Both the position numbers and the translations under genes were made by a program. DNA of 64,000 nucleotides from Antedon mediterranea (taxonomy: Eukaryota > Animalia > Echinodermata), in NCBI RefSeq assembly GCF_964355755.1, contig NC_092679.1, positions 22,055,432 through 22,119,431 of the forward strand. The letters run 5' to 3'. Every line of letters starts with the position of its first letter. The first letter of the stretch is position 1. Below, one piece after another: positions 50,351 through 63,227 of the stretch. The notes under the pieces are model-generated. The model had not been told where the DNA came from and made no database searches. It saw only the letters and a list, made by a program, of their open reading frames with translations.

Positions 50351-53300
50351 ATGTCCTCAAAGACGGTTGTTTGCCCACATTGTGGAGGAACCGATGTAGA
50401 TTTTGATCAAGCTCGGGGTAATGCAGTCTGTGAATCATGCGGCTCGGTCTTGGAGGACAATATTATTGTGTCGGAAGTTAATTTTGCTGAAAATAGTCTC
50501 GGGGGCACATCTGTTATTGGGCAGTTTGTGTCATCAGAAGGTAAAACATTCAAATGAAAATTTGAAATGAAAAAATTAAATATATAAGTCTATTTCGTGC
50601 CTAGCTTACCTGGATAAACTGACATTGGCCTATTCTCTCCAAGAAGAGAGCTACAACTCGAATATATTCCATGAATTTGAAAATTTAATGATATATTATT
50701 TTCTTTGTCTTGTAGGTGGGAAATCACACACTCTTGGTGGAAGTTTCCATCATGGATTTGGTAAAGAGTCTAGAGCAATCACCTTGCAAAATGGTACTAG
50801 CGATTTTTCAATTCGATAGTGCCATGGGGTAGGGGGTTTCGAACAAACCCACCTTTTCATTTAAGGTGCCCTGCCCAGACTTCCAGTGGTTCAATACAAG
50901 CTACAGTACTACTGTAGCTTGTTCATGACAATTTTTTGGCCAACAATACTACATACGGTACTACTGACAGTAGGCCAATGGAAACTAATGAGGGTGGAGG
51001 TACCCACTCCATAGAATAGTTCTTTTTAATACTCTCACTTTTTCCACTTTTAGGGAAAAAGAACCCCTCTAACAATCATGTAATACTGTAGAAAAGACTG
51101 CAGGATAAATCCAAAATATACATAAATTTCATGGAATAAAATCTTTTTTCTTTTTAGGCAAAAGAACAATACAAGGGCTCGGAGGTCAGCTGAAATTGAA
51201 TTCACATTGTATTGACACAGCCTACAACTTCTTCAAAATGGCCGTCTCTAAAAAGCTAACAAGAGGGCGCAAGACAACGCATATTGTTGCTGCTTGTCTC
51301 TACCTTGTTTGTCGTACCGAGGGAACACCTCGTATCCTATGAGAGATGTTAAGGGGTATATGTGAGAGGGCGGGGGAAGGGAGTAAGGCAAGGAAAGGGA
51401 GAGAGGCAAAGAAAAGGGAGGGAGGCAAAGAAAAGGGAGGGAGGGAAAGGAAGGGAGAGGGTGTAGGGAAGGGAAAGATGTGCAAGCTTCTCAGCTGGGC
51501 ACAATTAAGAAAATTGGTTATGTTAACTACAGCAGTAGAATAGAAAGAGGGGATACAACATGTCCCCTTAATACAGGTGTCAGCCCCATGAAAGGGGGTT
51601 TGCTGTAGTGTTAAAACATATATTGAAGGTGGGGAAGGGAGGTGGGTTAAGGGAGGTAGTAATTCGGGAAATCTTTTGAGCTGGGCACAATTCAGAGAAT
51701 TGTAGATATATGTTAACTACAGTAGAATGCAACAGAATAGGAGTTTGCTGTATTTCAAAGTAAAGTGTCCACTTATATAATAGTTAACTTAATAAGAAGC
51801 CAAATAATCTTTGGTACAATTTCAGCACCACTTGTTAATTTGAAAAAATTTCATTTCTTAATTTTCTCAGACATGCTACTTGACTTTAGCGATTTATTAC
51901 AGGTAGGTATTAAAAGCAGCAAGCTTGTCAAATAATTGAAAAAGTTTAATTTGTTTTAAACATTTAAAAACCAATGCATGAACATAGTACATTAATAAGG
52001 TTTATCGCAAATAGCTTCTACAATGCATGATGGGAAGGGTTTGGGAGCAAACGTCACGACGAGTACGTACAAACAACAAATCACGTACGTACGCGTTGTG
52101 ACGTTTGCTCCCAAACCCTTCCCATCATGCATTGTAGAAGCTATTTGCGATAAACCTTATGTACGCTAATAAACTGGGAGATACACTAGGAAAATTGCAG
52201 GGGTTGACAGTGGGTGTGCATTTGGCCCAGATTGAAGATAACGTTACTCAAAATTTAAATAAGTTGACATCACCAATATATCGATTATCCTGAAAATCAA
52301 TAAGGCATGGTAGAAAAATAATAATCAGGGCCTGCTGTATCGAACAAGGAAAAAAAAAATATATATATATATACCGTACTGTAAAAGAAACATACAAAGT
52401 AATAACAGTACCCTGCAAAATAAAAATAATATTGAATATTGAGCTAACTACAGTAGTTGTCAATTTCACGAATGTAAGAGCCAAATATAAGATTACTATT
52501 AGGTTTCTTATGTTGTTCTGTGGCTCAGTTGTAAAGTAACTGGCCTGTGGTTAGTGGATCATGGGTTCAAGTCTTGGCTGGTCATGTTTTATGTAACATA
52601 TACCACAGTAAAATATTCATCAATTTTAAGAATTTTAGCAGCCAAATATAAGATCACTACTGTAATTCCCTATATTGCATTGTGGCTCAGTTTGTAAGCA
52701 ACTGGCCTACGGTTAGTAGATCATGGGTTCAAGTCTTGGTTGGTCATATTTTTTTTTTTTTAATATACCACAGTAAAACATTTAAGAATTTAACAGCCAA
52801 ATAGTTTTAATAATGTTTTTTTTTTGTTTACATTTTTCGCAGGTAAATGTGTACACCCTAGGTAAAGTCTACTTAAAGTTGTCGCAAGAACTTCACATCA
52901 ACGTAGCGGCTATCGGTGAGTACAACCAAATATCCTATTAAGGTAGAAAATAAAAAGTAAAAATCAGGTGTTGTTTTTAGAACCTCTATTAAGGGGACAC
53001 ATTCCAGACCCAACATTATGCTTGGTTCCCACTGGAAATGCAACACAAGGACCAATCACAAATGATTGAATATTTAAAATGTCACTTGTCATTGGTCAAC
53101 TGGCTTGCATTGTTTCTATGTTTTTAGCAAGTTGAATTTGAATGTAGTTTTTATAATTATTTTGTAAGACACTGAAAAAATCATGATGAAATTGAGTCTA
53201 AGTTCTTTTTGTTGCATCTCTAATGAGAACCAAACTTAGGTTTCCCATATGGTCAATGGGGATGCCATATGGTCAATGGGGATGCCGCAAAAGGGCGTTT

Positions 53301-56300
53301 CTACTGTACATAATCATGCAAAATAAAACACAGCACATTTTTTAAATTTTGAAATAAAATTCTCACTCGGTGTAATCTATTCAGTTCGCATTTTATGAAA
53401 TAACTACAGTACATACAAATTACAACCTATTACATTTACTTCTTTTCTTAATATTTTATTTTTACATTTATCTTGCTTGCAGTGATATTAAAAATTAAAT
53501 AATTTATAAAAAATAGAAAAAAAATTAACTTTTACAATCCTAGGTTATTTTTTTAATGCAGCAGAACTCCTGTTTTAAGGGTACACCTTAGTATCCCCTA
53601 CTTTCCCCTTGTTTGTTTCATGGTAAGGAGATGTTCTACTGTAAAATATTCACTAAAAAAATGTTACAAATTTACAGTTAAAAATAATTAATTTAAAAGC
53701 ATCAACTTTTTATTTGTTGACAGGCAAGATATTGACTTGCAATAAAATTAATTTGCAATATTTATAAAAATTTACATTTTAGCAAACTAAAAGTGCATTC
53801 TACCTCAAATATTCCTGATTATAGTTAGAAATAAGAACAAAATTATAAGCATCCTAATTTTTAATAACAAATTACACACATTTCTATTAAATGAGTTATG
53901 ATAGTAATTAACAATATAAGAAATCGGTCAGATGTTTGTTTTTGCCTCACTCTGATGTAATTTGTACTTTATACATTGAGAATACTTGTGAAAAAAAGGG
54001 ATTCAAACCCACGACATCCAGATCACTAGCCTGGCGCTCATACCTCTAGACCACCGACCAATTACTTAATACAATGACTCAAAGCTACGCCACAGTAGTT
54101 ACAAAACAATTAAAATATAAAAAATGACACAATCAGTGACCTCCGACCTCATATGGAATATGAAGAGCTGCATATGAATCCAAGTTAATTTATAACCTTG
54201 ATTCCCATGCATCAGTTTATTAAAATGAAATTGCTACTAAGTATTAACTCTCTTAAAACAATAGCACCATACTTTACATGCATAAGTCAAATAAAAATAA
54301 TATGTAGTCAATTTATTTAACTAAATTTGCGTTGGTGCATAGGAATTTCAAATTGATTTAAAATAATTCACATTGTATAAAAATTAATAATTTTGTAAAC
54401 AATTATTTGATGATTGGTATTGCTGGCAAGAGGTGCATCAAATCAGTATAAGGAAGATAATGATTTTGGGGTAACTTAACTTTATTAGTTATTTATAAAA
54501 TAAATACAACCCTACTGGGAATAAATAAGAGCTATTTGCTTTACTACCCAAGTTAAAATCAAATACTAATAACTAATTAATATTATCTATCAATAAAATT
54601 TGGCTTGAGAGCCAAAATACCTTTTACTACAATGTACAAAGACTCCTTCCGACACAAATCCTTTTTTTTTTGTGAAATCACACCCAGTTTTACATTTGTG
54701 TCAACATGCAGTTTATAGCCTGAGGTAAAATAAGTACAGTACAAATCTACTGGGGTTGCTACTTGATTTTAAATAAAATTTAAATACTCTACAATAAAAT
54801 TTGGCTTGATAGCCATTTTTCTACATACTCCATTACACGGTACACTCATATCAGCACCCACCCCACTCCGTGATCACTATACCAGACAGATACTACTGCA
54901 GGTATAAACTAAAAAAATAACCAATCTGTCAATTATTGGTTTTCAGCCACATGTTACTAAACACTTTTTTCAACTACTTTAGCAATTTTTTTATAAATAA
55001 GTTATTATTTATATTGCGGCAGTCACAGTCACACATTGGTATATTAGCTGAATTTTTACTGTTTTTACTAAATATTATCACACGAATACAATACTGTACG
55101 TTTTTATATTTACACTGTATTATGTTTAAGAACTCACAGTTCTTTTTTTCTATCTAGTCCACAAAAAGATTACCACACAATTTGGAACTGCTTACACATC
55201 GATTTAAAATCATAAAATATCTTGTAAATAAAATTTTGATCATGCGTAGAAAATGATTTGCGGAAGCTGGCCTCCTTGTACGCCAGTCCCGTTTGTGCTT
55301 TCAGATGAACACTGGAAAGTAAATGTCGCACACCCACAGGTCACCTCGGTAAGGCCTTCCTGGCCAAAATAGCTAAGTTCACTACCGTCGAGTATTGCGT
55401 TAGCGGTGTACGTTATACGTGGTTCAACCTGAACCGGGTGTTCAAACATAATCGGAAACGTTTTACTTAAACCGTTTGACGTAAATCTAGTGTCCATTGA
55501 ACTTAGTGTTTTCTTGTTACGTTTTAGTTCAATGCGTACGGAGTACGTAGCTCCATTAGTACTAGAACCGTAAAGACCGAACCCTGCAATGAATATCCGT
55601 CTGTCAACCGAAAACTGTATACTGTCGCATCTACCACGATAGCGCCATTGATTACTGCGATAGGCAGAAGACTGGAATCTATGAACCGAGCACGTTCTTA
55701 ACCCTTTGCGTGCCGTCACCGGAAATTCTAAATTCGGTTTCTTGTCCGCAGTAAAATATAGAAACACATCATTCGTTTCTTTCAATGTTAAAATCTGAAG
55801 ATTCGCAATTTCGTTGGCAAACGCTTTTACCACCATTGTTGGAATTCGTATTAAATAAAGTGCTTTACCGAGAACCTTACGCAGGTTTGGTGGCGTGGTT
55901 ATCATTTCTTGACGTTTACACTCTGCTTTCGCCCAACGAACTGCTGCATGGAAAAGCGCAACTTCGTTTACGTTGAGCGTTTCGCGAGATAAGATGCTTT
56001 GAAGTGTTTTAAAATCTATGTCAACGAAACTGTCGGCTCGGAGGGCGACCTCTGTTTGTGCATCAATGACTTCCCAGCATTGTTGCATCAGCTGGTGTTC
56101 ATCGAATAGGTGGCTCTGGCTCAGAAGAAAACATGCATTGCGCGCAGTAAGGTTCATCTCGAGGAAATTCACGCACTCCGTCGCTAAATGAGGTAGGAAG
56201 TATTTTTTTGCTGCATACAAAGTTGATAACACATTGTCTGCATTTACATCCACGTCATCACAGTACATATATCTGTTAAAAAAAAGTTATTTATTTTTAA

Positions 56301-59300
56301 CTAAAAGGTACTGTACTACTATTACATGATATTAGGATTATTAACAATAACAATGATTTTAAAATATAATGCATATTTTCAGATTTCCACATTTTTTTCC
56401 ATTTAAAAAAATGTATTAATTTCTAAATATCACTGGGCAGTATAGAGTTTCTCTATGCCATTGTTTAATTTTGTTAGTTTAGATGATTTAAAACAGTGGG
56501 TGTTATAAACCAAATAATATTTGGCATTTTCAGGAGTTAAAAAGCCTATTAACTTGGCTCTACATCATTAAATACTATAAGGTAGACGGTAGTATAAGTC
56601 GATCCTCAAACTCATGAAAATTTTCTTCTATCCATTAAACATTATTTGTATATATCATACGGTACCTAAGCATAGCATAAAATGCTATTGGCTCCACGTC
56701 TGGAATAACGATCTCCGACGTATTCTCCGTCAGCTCGCCATAGAACATGGCGTAGAATACAGAACTGGACGTACACAGCACATACTTATGTGCGGGAATT
56801 CTATAAGCCTGGTTCTTTGGCCCGACCAAAAATGTAACGTCGCTCATCAGTTCGTTGTCGAACATCAAGGAATTCCGACTGCGGACGCTGCTAGTGCTAG
56901 CCTGCCAATTCACCCCGGCGACAACTTTGATAGGTGGGGGGAGTTTGTTTGGCGGTTTAGTCTTCGAAGTTTCCTTTTGTTGTGTAGGTTCCGAGACATC
57001 CTCTAGCGGTTCTTGGATGACGTGCTGTTGGAATTCCTGCACGTACACAACTGGTGAATTATCTGCTGCCCCTCCCGCGATGGGTACTTGCTCCATTTTT
57101 ATCATTTGGTTGCCTGGTTTCTATGAATCTAAATGAAATATAATATTGAATACAATATGTTAACAATTATTTCTTAATCTACTACAGGAACAGAAACCAA
57201 TTTCAAATGACTATTCATATTTTATGTACAGTAAATTGAAATTAAAAATAAAGATTAAATTCAAAATATTACCAAGATTGCTTTGTAGTAGTTTTTGTAA
57301 ATGACTATTCTCACTGCTGATCGGACATGTTAAAGCACATACAGTACTACTATTACTAGTATAACTATGCCTAGGCTATTGTAATTATACAGACAAAAGG
57401 TTTATCGAAACCAGTAAAGGAAGGAAAAAGGATGTTTGGTATTCCCTATTGTCCGTTTCGAGTGGTTTCTCTTTTAATCTGACTAAGTCTAATATTAATA
57501 AGCCTATAAAGCATACGTGACAGAATTGAGAACATAAAAAGTCAAAATTTATAGATTATTGAAGCCAGAATATTTTTTAGCCTTACTGTACATCCCCAAA
57601 ATAGGCCTATTATAGTAACTAGGCCTACTGTAGCTAGAGAACCCTGTCCTATTTACTACTACTAGCCTAAGCCTGTAGGTAGCCTAGTTTAGTAAGATGG
57701 AGAAGCCTATCTATATACAACTAAACTTGACTTGCTTACATTTTTTAGGGCCTAGCCTAGCCTAGTTTTTAATAAATTAAGGGTGTTGACTATTATCTAG
57801 AAAATTATTAAACTTCAATTTGTAGGCTAGACTAAAAAAATTGTTTTCTTGTGTTTATTAATTACAAATTCGAAAGTCACAAGAATATCGCAAAAAAGTC
57901 CTACGCCGACTAACAATTCCTAGTCCTGCACAAACCAACGCTGGCCCAGCGCCACATAATTTCGTTGGCCTCGGCCCATCATGACACAGTCTTACAGCTG
58001 TGTAACATTATGTCATTATGGTCTCATCCTTGGAGCGTTGGCTTGGAAATAAACCCATAAATGTATTGTTTTGACTAACCTTCTTTTGTATAAAAGCAGA
58101 AAGAACAAAGCCTAACCGACCCGTAACAATTAGCGTTATTAGTTTTATGATATTTGTTGAAGGAAGTTTAAAAAAATGTGATTTATTTAGCATAACAATC
58201 GACCGCCGACAAAAGAAGCCATGTTTATTTATTTCCGATCACTTCCGGTTTTCTCGCGAATTAATTAATGTTGATGATGTCATCGTCGTCGCGCGATCTA
58301 ATTTGGTTCCCGGCGCGCGAAGCATTGACTGTGACTGTGTTTATGTAACTGTATATTGGTCAGTTTGTCTGTCAGACCAAAATAAATAATATAAACAAAA
58401 ATATAATTACTTTTGTTGGTACATGATGGCGTTGAAAATGTATTATCGCTGTTACATTTATAATTTTAGATGCGATTATTTTTTTAAACCAAGCTTATAT
58501 TCTTTTAGACCCGTGCCTCTATATAGCAAGATTTGCGCACAAGTTGGAATTTGGCGATAAAACCCATGATGTTTCAATGACTGCATTGCGACTTGTATCA
58601 AGGATGAAAAGGGACTGGATGCATACCGGAAGAAGGCCCTCTGGGCTTTGTGGTGCAGGTATGTAGTTATTTGAATACAAATCAACATCTCTAAAACCAT
58701 GTGTCGTTTGTTTAAGACGTCCAATCAATTTTTTTATTTCCTTCCTCAGCACTCCTCGTTTCTGCACGGCTTCATGACTTCAACAGGACGCAAAAGGAGA
58801 TTATAAAAGTGGTGAAAGTCTGTGACGCCACCCTTCGTAAAAGGTAAACCCTCCTTTGAGACACCACTATTAAAGAGACACCCCTATGAAAGGGACACCC
58901 GCCTATTAAAGGGACACTCCTATATTAAAGGGACACTCCTATATTAAAGGGACACCCCTATATTAAAGAAACACTCCTATTAAAGGGACACTCCTATATT
59001 AAAGAAACACTCCTATTAAAGGGACACCCCTATATTAAAGGGACACTCCTATTAAGCGACACCCCTATATTAAAGGGACACTCCTATTAAGTGACACTCC
59101 TATTAAAGGGACACCCCTATATTAAAGAAACACTCCTATTAAAGGGACACTCCTATTAAAGGGACACTTTTGTTAAAGGGACAATTCTATTAAAGGGACA
59201 CCCCTATATTAAAGGGATACTCCTATTAAAGGGACACTTTTGTTAAAGGGACACCTCTATTAAAGGGACACATTTCTGTGAAACAAACTAGAAGTAGTAT

Positions 59301-62300
59301 AGTATAGATAGGTTCCCTTAATATAGGCTCTACTGTAATAACCAAAATATGATTTATTTTCAGGTTAACAGAGTTTGAAGAGACGCCCTCAGGTAAATTG
59401 ACAATTGAAGAATTTAATCGCATTGATCTAGAAGAAGAACAAGACCCACCGTCATTTAGGCAGGCAAGACGAAAAGCCAAATTACACCAGGTACTACGCA
59501 AACAATATAATACTCATAATGCTCTACTTTTAGCTTGGGATACTAAAAACAAATGTATGCAGTAGTTCCAGGAATAAACATACATTTTCTGTTATACAAA
59601 AAAATATAATAATTAGAAATATAATAATAGTAAGAGAACATTTAAATAAAAGTTTTTTTTATTTCAGCTGCAAAAAGAACAAATGAAATTGCAGGATTTT
59701 GCAGGAGAAATTACATCAGTACAAGAAGAGATAGAAAAGGCATTACTAAGAAAGAAAAGAGGAGAGGATGATGATGGTTAGTGTCTTCCATGGATAATCA
59801 GAGGAGGGGCATCTCTTTATGTTTCTCATTTAGCCTCATATTTATTTTTTAAATATTCTTATGAAAAAATACAGAGGAGCAGAATAAAGACAATAAGAAC
59901 GAATATTCTGCAAATACAACTTTTAAAGAAATAAATATTTTTAATATGCAAACCAAGTACATTAGAAACCATATTATGGGGACACCTTAAGGACTCAACA
60001 ATGTGTCCTGAAAAAAGGTGTCCTTGAATAGTTGTGTCCTAAAAGAGAGGTTCTAACATGTATTGTTGGTGTTTGATTTTTAGATGCTGCAAGTATGATA
60101 TCAGACCTTTCAGAAAGTTTTGTATTAGAGGAAAGTACACCATTTCGTGGTATTGATGAAGCGAATGTCAGCAAATTAGATGCTACACCAGACCAGCAGA
60201 CACTGGAACAGGCGGCACACACATCAGCAGCTCCTTCACAAGTAGAGACCCCATCAACTTCTAGGGAAATAACAGATCAATTAACAGATGACAGTGCCGC
60301 AGAAGACATACTGGAGAGCCTGTTACCAACTGATATAAGTGGTGATATGTTACCTAAGAAAGGCCTAGGACCGAGTGCTATGTCATTAGGCTTGTCCAGT
60401 ACAATAGAAGAATGCATGCAGATCTCAACTGCAAAAGGTGAATAATATATGGTCTTCATTTTAAGTAAAAACGGTAATTCAGTTCTTATCATATCATAAT
60501 CAACACACACAAAGAATGAATTCCTTAATCTTTTACAATACTTTACAAGACTCCCTAATGCAATTCCATACACTAACTTCTAATAAAAAAATATAATGTG
60601 GCGTTAAAGTTCTTAATAAATTTAAGCATCAAGCTAAGAAACACGCATGTTTTTATAACCAATAACTGAAAATCAAATAGCTTTTAAATTTTCTTGTTCG
60701 TAGAAGTGGCCGAAGATGACCCAGAGCTAGATCTTACTGGTATTGATGATGGTGAGATAGACGCGGTAAGACTATAGCCTAGTCTACAAATATGGTATTG
60801 ATATGACATCATTGTGTCCATATATGGGCACATAACAATTTATAAAGTTTGTTAGTGTAGATGGAACTGAAACACATGCCTCTCCAATGCTAGTCTGACA
60901 TCTCTTATAAATAATACGCCACATGCCTCGCCAATGCTAGTCTGACATCCCTTATAACTAATACGCCACATGCATCGCCAATGCTAGTCCGACATCTCTT
61001 ATAACTAATACGCCACATGCCTCTCCAATGCTAGTCTGACATCCCTTATAACTAATACGCCACATGGCTCTCACATTTAGAAGGTTGGCAGAAAGGAATT
61101 GTACATTTTTTCTAATCATCTTATTTGTCTATTTTATTCAACTGTTTTTTAGTTTATATTAAGTGACGGTGAAGTAGCTATAAAAACAGAAATTTGGATG
61201 AAAGAAAACCATGAATACCTCCAGCAACAAAAAGGTAACACAAACCAAACAGCTTACTTGAAGAAAAACATAGCAAGAATATTGAACTATTTGAAGAAAA
61301 AAATAGCAAGAATTATTTGTTACAATTTTTATTTCATAGAAAAGGAAGAACGTGAAGCGAAAGACCGGGAAATGGGGATAATTAAACCTGACCAAGCAAA
61401 AAAGGTATGACAATTTCTAGACTGGTTTGGTGGTTGACAAGACCTAGAGTCCTTGGTTTATATTCTGAAACCCAATACAGTGTCTCAAATGGAAAAAACA
61501 TGGGTTTGCCATCCTTTAATTGGCGAGCCATGTATTTGATGTTTTTCTCATTTAAAGCTCTGTCTACAATGTCAAAAAAAAAAGTGTGATGACCAAATAT
61601 GGTAGTAATATGACATCATGTCCATATATGGGCGCATCACATTTTTTTGTCACAGTTTGATAGTGTAGACAGACAGAACTTTACCTGGAAACAATATCTT
61701 CCAGAAACGAAAGTCACAAAAAAGAACTCCTATCCAAGCCAACACTGCTGGAGAAGCGATAGAGAAACTTCTTGTGGAGAAAAAAATATCTTGCAAAATT
61801 AACTATGACGTTCTCAGGGATTTGAACAAGAGCAAAGATGAACCTGTTACCCCGCAGAGGGTACCGACGGAAGTTGTCGAAGAATCTGGCCCGATTCGAC
61901 CCATCACAGCAAAACGCAGTCGACCATTTTTGGGTAGCAGTAAAAGAGATAGTTATGGATTGGTTAGTAAAAAGAAAAATTGAAGAGATTTAAACTTTAA
62001 TTTGTGTATATGATTTTAAGATAAATTATAGCCAATTGTAGTGACAGTTTTTACCTTTTTTATTAATATTACCATCAATACTACAGTGTTTTACTCTTTT
62101 TCTTTGGAAATTTTGGCATACATGGCGTGTCATAATTATATTTTAGGGGGGATCTAGGTGCTTGTGGTGGTTCATAAAAGTAACTAGGGGCAAGGCTACT
62201 CATTTTACTAAACATAGATGTTGATATTAAAAAATAAATAAGGTAAACAAAGAATTATTTATTTTTTAAAGAACAAACCAAAACATGTGAAAATTGAAGA

Positions 62301-63132
62301 GCAACCGATACTGAAAAAAGAGCCAAAGGTAGAAGTGAAAGCCATCGTGGAGTCGGGACCGGTACAGTATGACCATCATGGAATGGAGGACGAACAAGGA
62401 GATGTAGAAGAGGACTATGTTGTGGAGGACACGGAAGAACCACTGCAGAGTGCAGCTCAGTTGATGGGACATACGGGTAAGAAGGATTTGTTATATACAT
62501 GTGGTGAGATTCAGTGTTTGCCCGAAATCTTAAGCTCTACACTATCAAACTTTATGTGACAAAAAAGTGTGATGTGCCTAAGTATGGTATTGATATGCCC
62601 AAATATGGTAGTGATATGACCTCATCATGTCCATATATGGGCACATCACATTTTGTTTACACATAAAGTTTGATAATGTAGACAGAGCCTTAGGATGGCT
62701 TTCAAAGAGTTTAAACATCATACGGTACATGAAAAAATAGTATTACAGTAGTAGGTAGTACAATTTTCTAAATGAAGCTTTTAGTGTGGTTGGCAAGACC
62801 TGAAAACAATACTGGTCTAGAGTAGCCTGTTTGAGTAATAATAATAATAACAACTTTATTTAAAAACGAATGCAACTCTTGGATCACCAGATTGGTGTTT
62901 TTCCCAAGGCCGTTACTTACTACAAAACTATTTACACAAGATGGCAAGAAGAAGGTTGATGAATGATGGATGGAGTTGGATGGCAGACTATGTGGAACTT
63001 TGAAGAAAGTTCAAATGTTTAACCATTTCTTTGCTACTAAACCAAGTCAATACAAGAGTTAATTGAAATGGAACTTGTATTTTTGTTTTAGGAATTGATG
63101 ATTATAATGATTATGATGATGATATGGATTAA
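50351..63132 (+). CDS. BRF1: Transcription factor IIIB 90 kDa subunit (TFIIB-related factor 1)
   Basis: 16 coding exons: 50351-50540, 50716-50793, 51158-51331, 51871-51902, 52843-52915, 58509-58658, 58750-58843, 59364-59490, 59668-59776, 60084-60437, 60704-60765, 61153-61234, 61340-61404, 61705-61962, 62272-62476, 63092-63132. Total 2094 nt, 697 aa. Zn ribbon CPHCGG...CESCGSVLE; cyclin repeats ([61 protein letters not shown]); C-terminal blocks [12 protein letters not shown] and [24 protein letters not shown]. Confidence 0.97.
51332..51870 (+). other. Probable U12-type (minor spliceosome) GT-AG intron in BRF1
   Basis: 5' site C|GTATCCTAT (U12 consensus GTATCCTT); branch-like TTTCTTAAT at 51854-51862, about 10 nt before the CAG; no long polypyrimidine tract. 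Confidence 0.8.
51995..52160. mobile_element. Foldback MITE, near-perfect 166 bp palindrome in BRF1 intron 4
   Basis: Arms of about 76 bp, ATAAGGTTTATCGCAAATAGCTTCTAC... and ...GTAGAAGCTATTTGCGATAAACCTTAT, with few mismatches. Confidence 0.85.
52488..52805 (+). repeat. Tandem duplication (about 162 bp unit) of a tRNA-like SINE head
   Basis: Two copies of AGCCAAATATAAGAT...TGTGGCTCAGTT...GATCATGGGTTCAAGTCTTGG...ATACCACAGTAAAA. Confidence 0.7.
55240..57105 (-). CDS. BTBD6: BTB/POZ-BACK-PHR protein of the BTBD3/BTBD6 (lute) family, nested antisense in BRF1 intron 5
   Basis: Two coding exons, 57105-56666 (AG|gtaccg) and 56272-55240 (CAG acceptor), 490 aa. BTB ([21 protein letters not shown]), BACK, and PHR ([30 protein letters not shown]...[18 protein letters not shown]). 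The BTBD3 versus BTBD6 split is probably vertebrate-specific, so the symbol is nominal. Confidence 0.93.
58080..58325 (-). promoter_or_regulatory. Putative promoter and non-coding first exon of BTBD3/6
   Basis: CpG-rich patch with CCGGAAGTG (ETS/GABP-type, 58240-58248 minus) and TCTCGCGAA (58252-58260); donor AAG|GTTAGT at 58079; acceptor TAG at 57131-57129 upstream of the ATG. Confidence 0.55.
58858..59272. repeat. Minisatellite, 17/19 bp unit CCTAT(AT)TAAAGGGACACT, in BRF1 intron 7
   Basis: The unit is the subterminal GGGACAC motif of a dispersed MITE family (also at about 2745-3065, 9697-9843, 19580-19735, 52979, 53561-53643, 59970-60057). The array is followed by AGGCTCTACTGTA. Confidence 0.92.
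60873..61066. repeat. Tandem repeat, 47 bp unit, 4 copies
   Basis: CACATGCCTCTCCAATGCTAGTCTGACATCTCTTATAACTAATACGC starting at 60873, 60920, 60967 and 61014. Confidence 0.95.
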
Positions 63133-63221
63133 GTAGTGAAGTGGACTGGAATACTACTACTAACCAGGACACATAAATTCCAATGACAACTAAAGCCAGA
63201 ACAACTGAAATAGCATACTAC

Positions 63222-63227
63222 AATAAA
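63222..63227 (+). terminator. Candidate BRF1 polyadenylation signal AATAAA
   Basis: 90 nt after the stop codon; further AATAAA copies lie at about 63778-63843. Confidence 0.35.

Noticed and set aside
51300-51543. Lys/Glu/Gly-rich and Pro/Phe-rich ORFs
   Set aside because: Low-complexity purine tract inside a BRF1 intron.
52519-52745. tRNA genes (also 2540-2600, 24504-24560, 35708-35770, 53995-54060)
   Set aside because: A and B boxes are present but the stems do not pair into a cloverleaf; these are SINE-derived heads.
55785-57136. Plus-strand ORFs overlapping BTBD3/6
   Set aside because: Antisense shadows of a real coding sequence.
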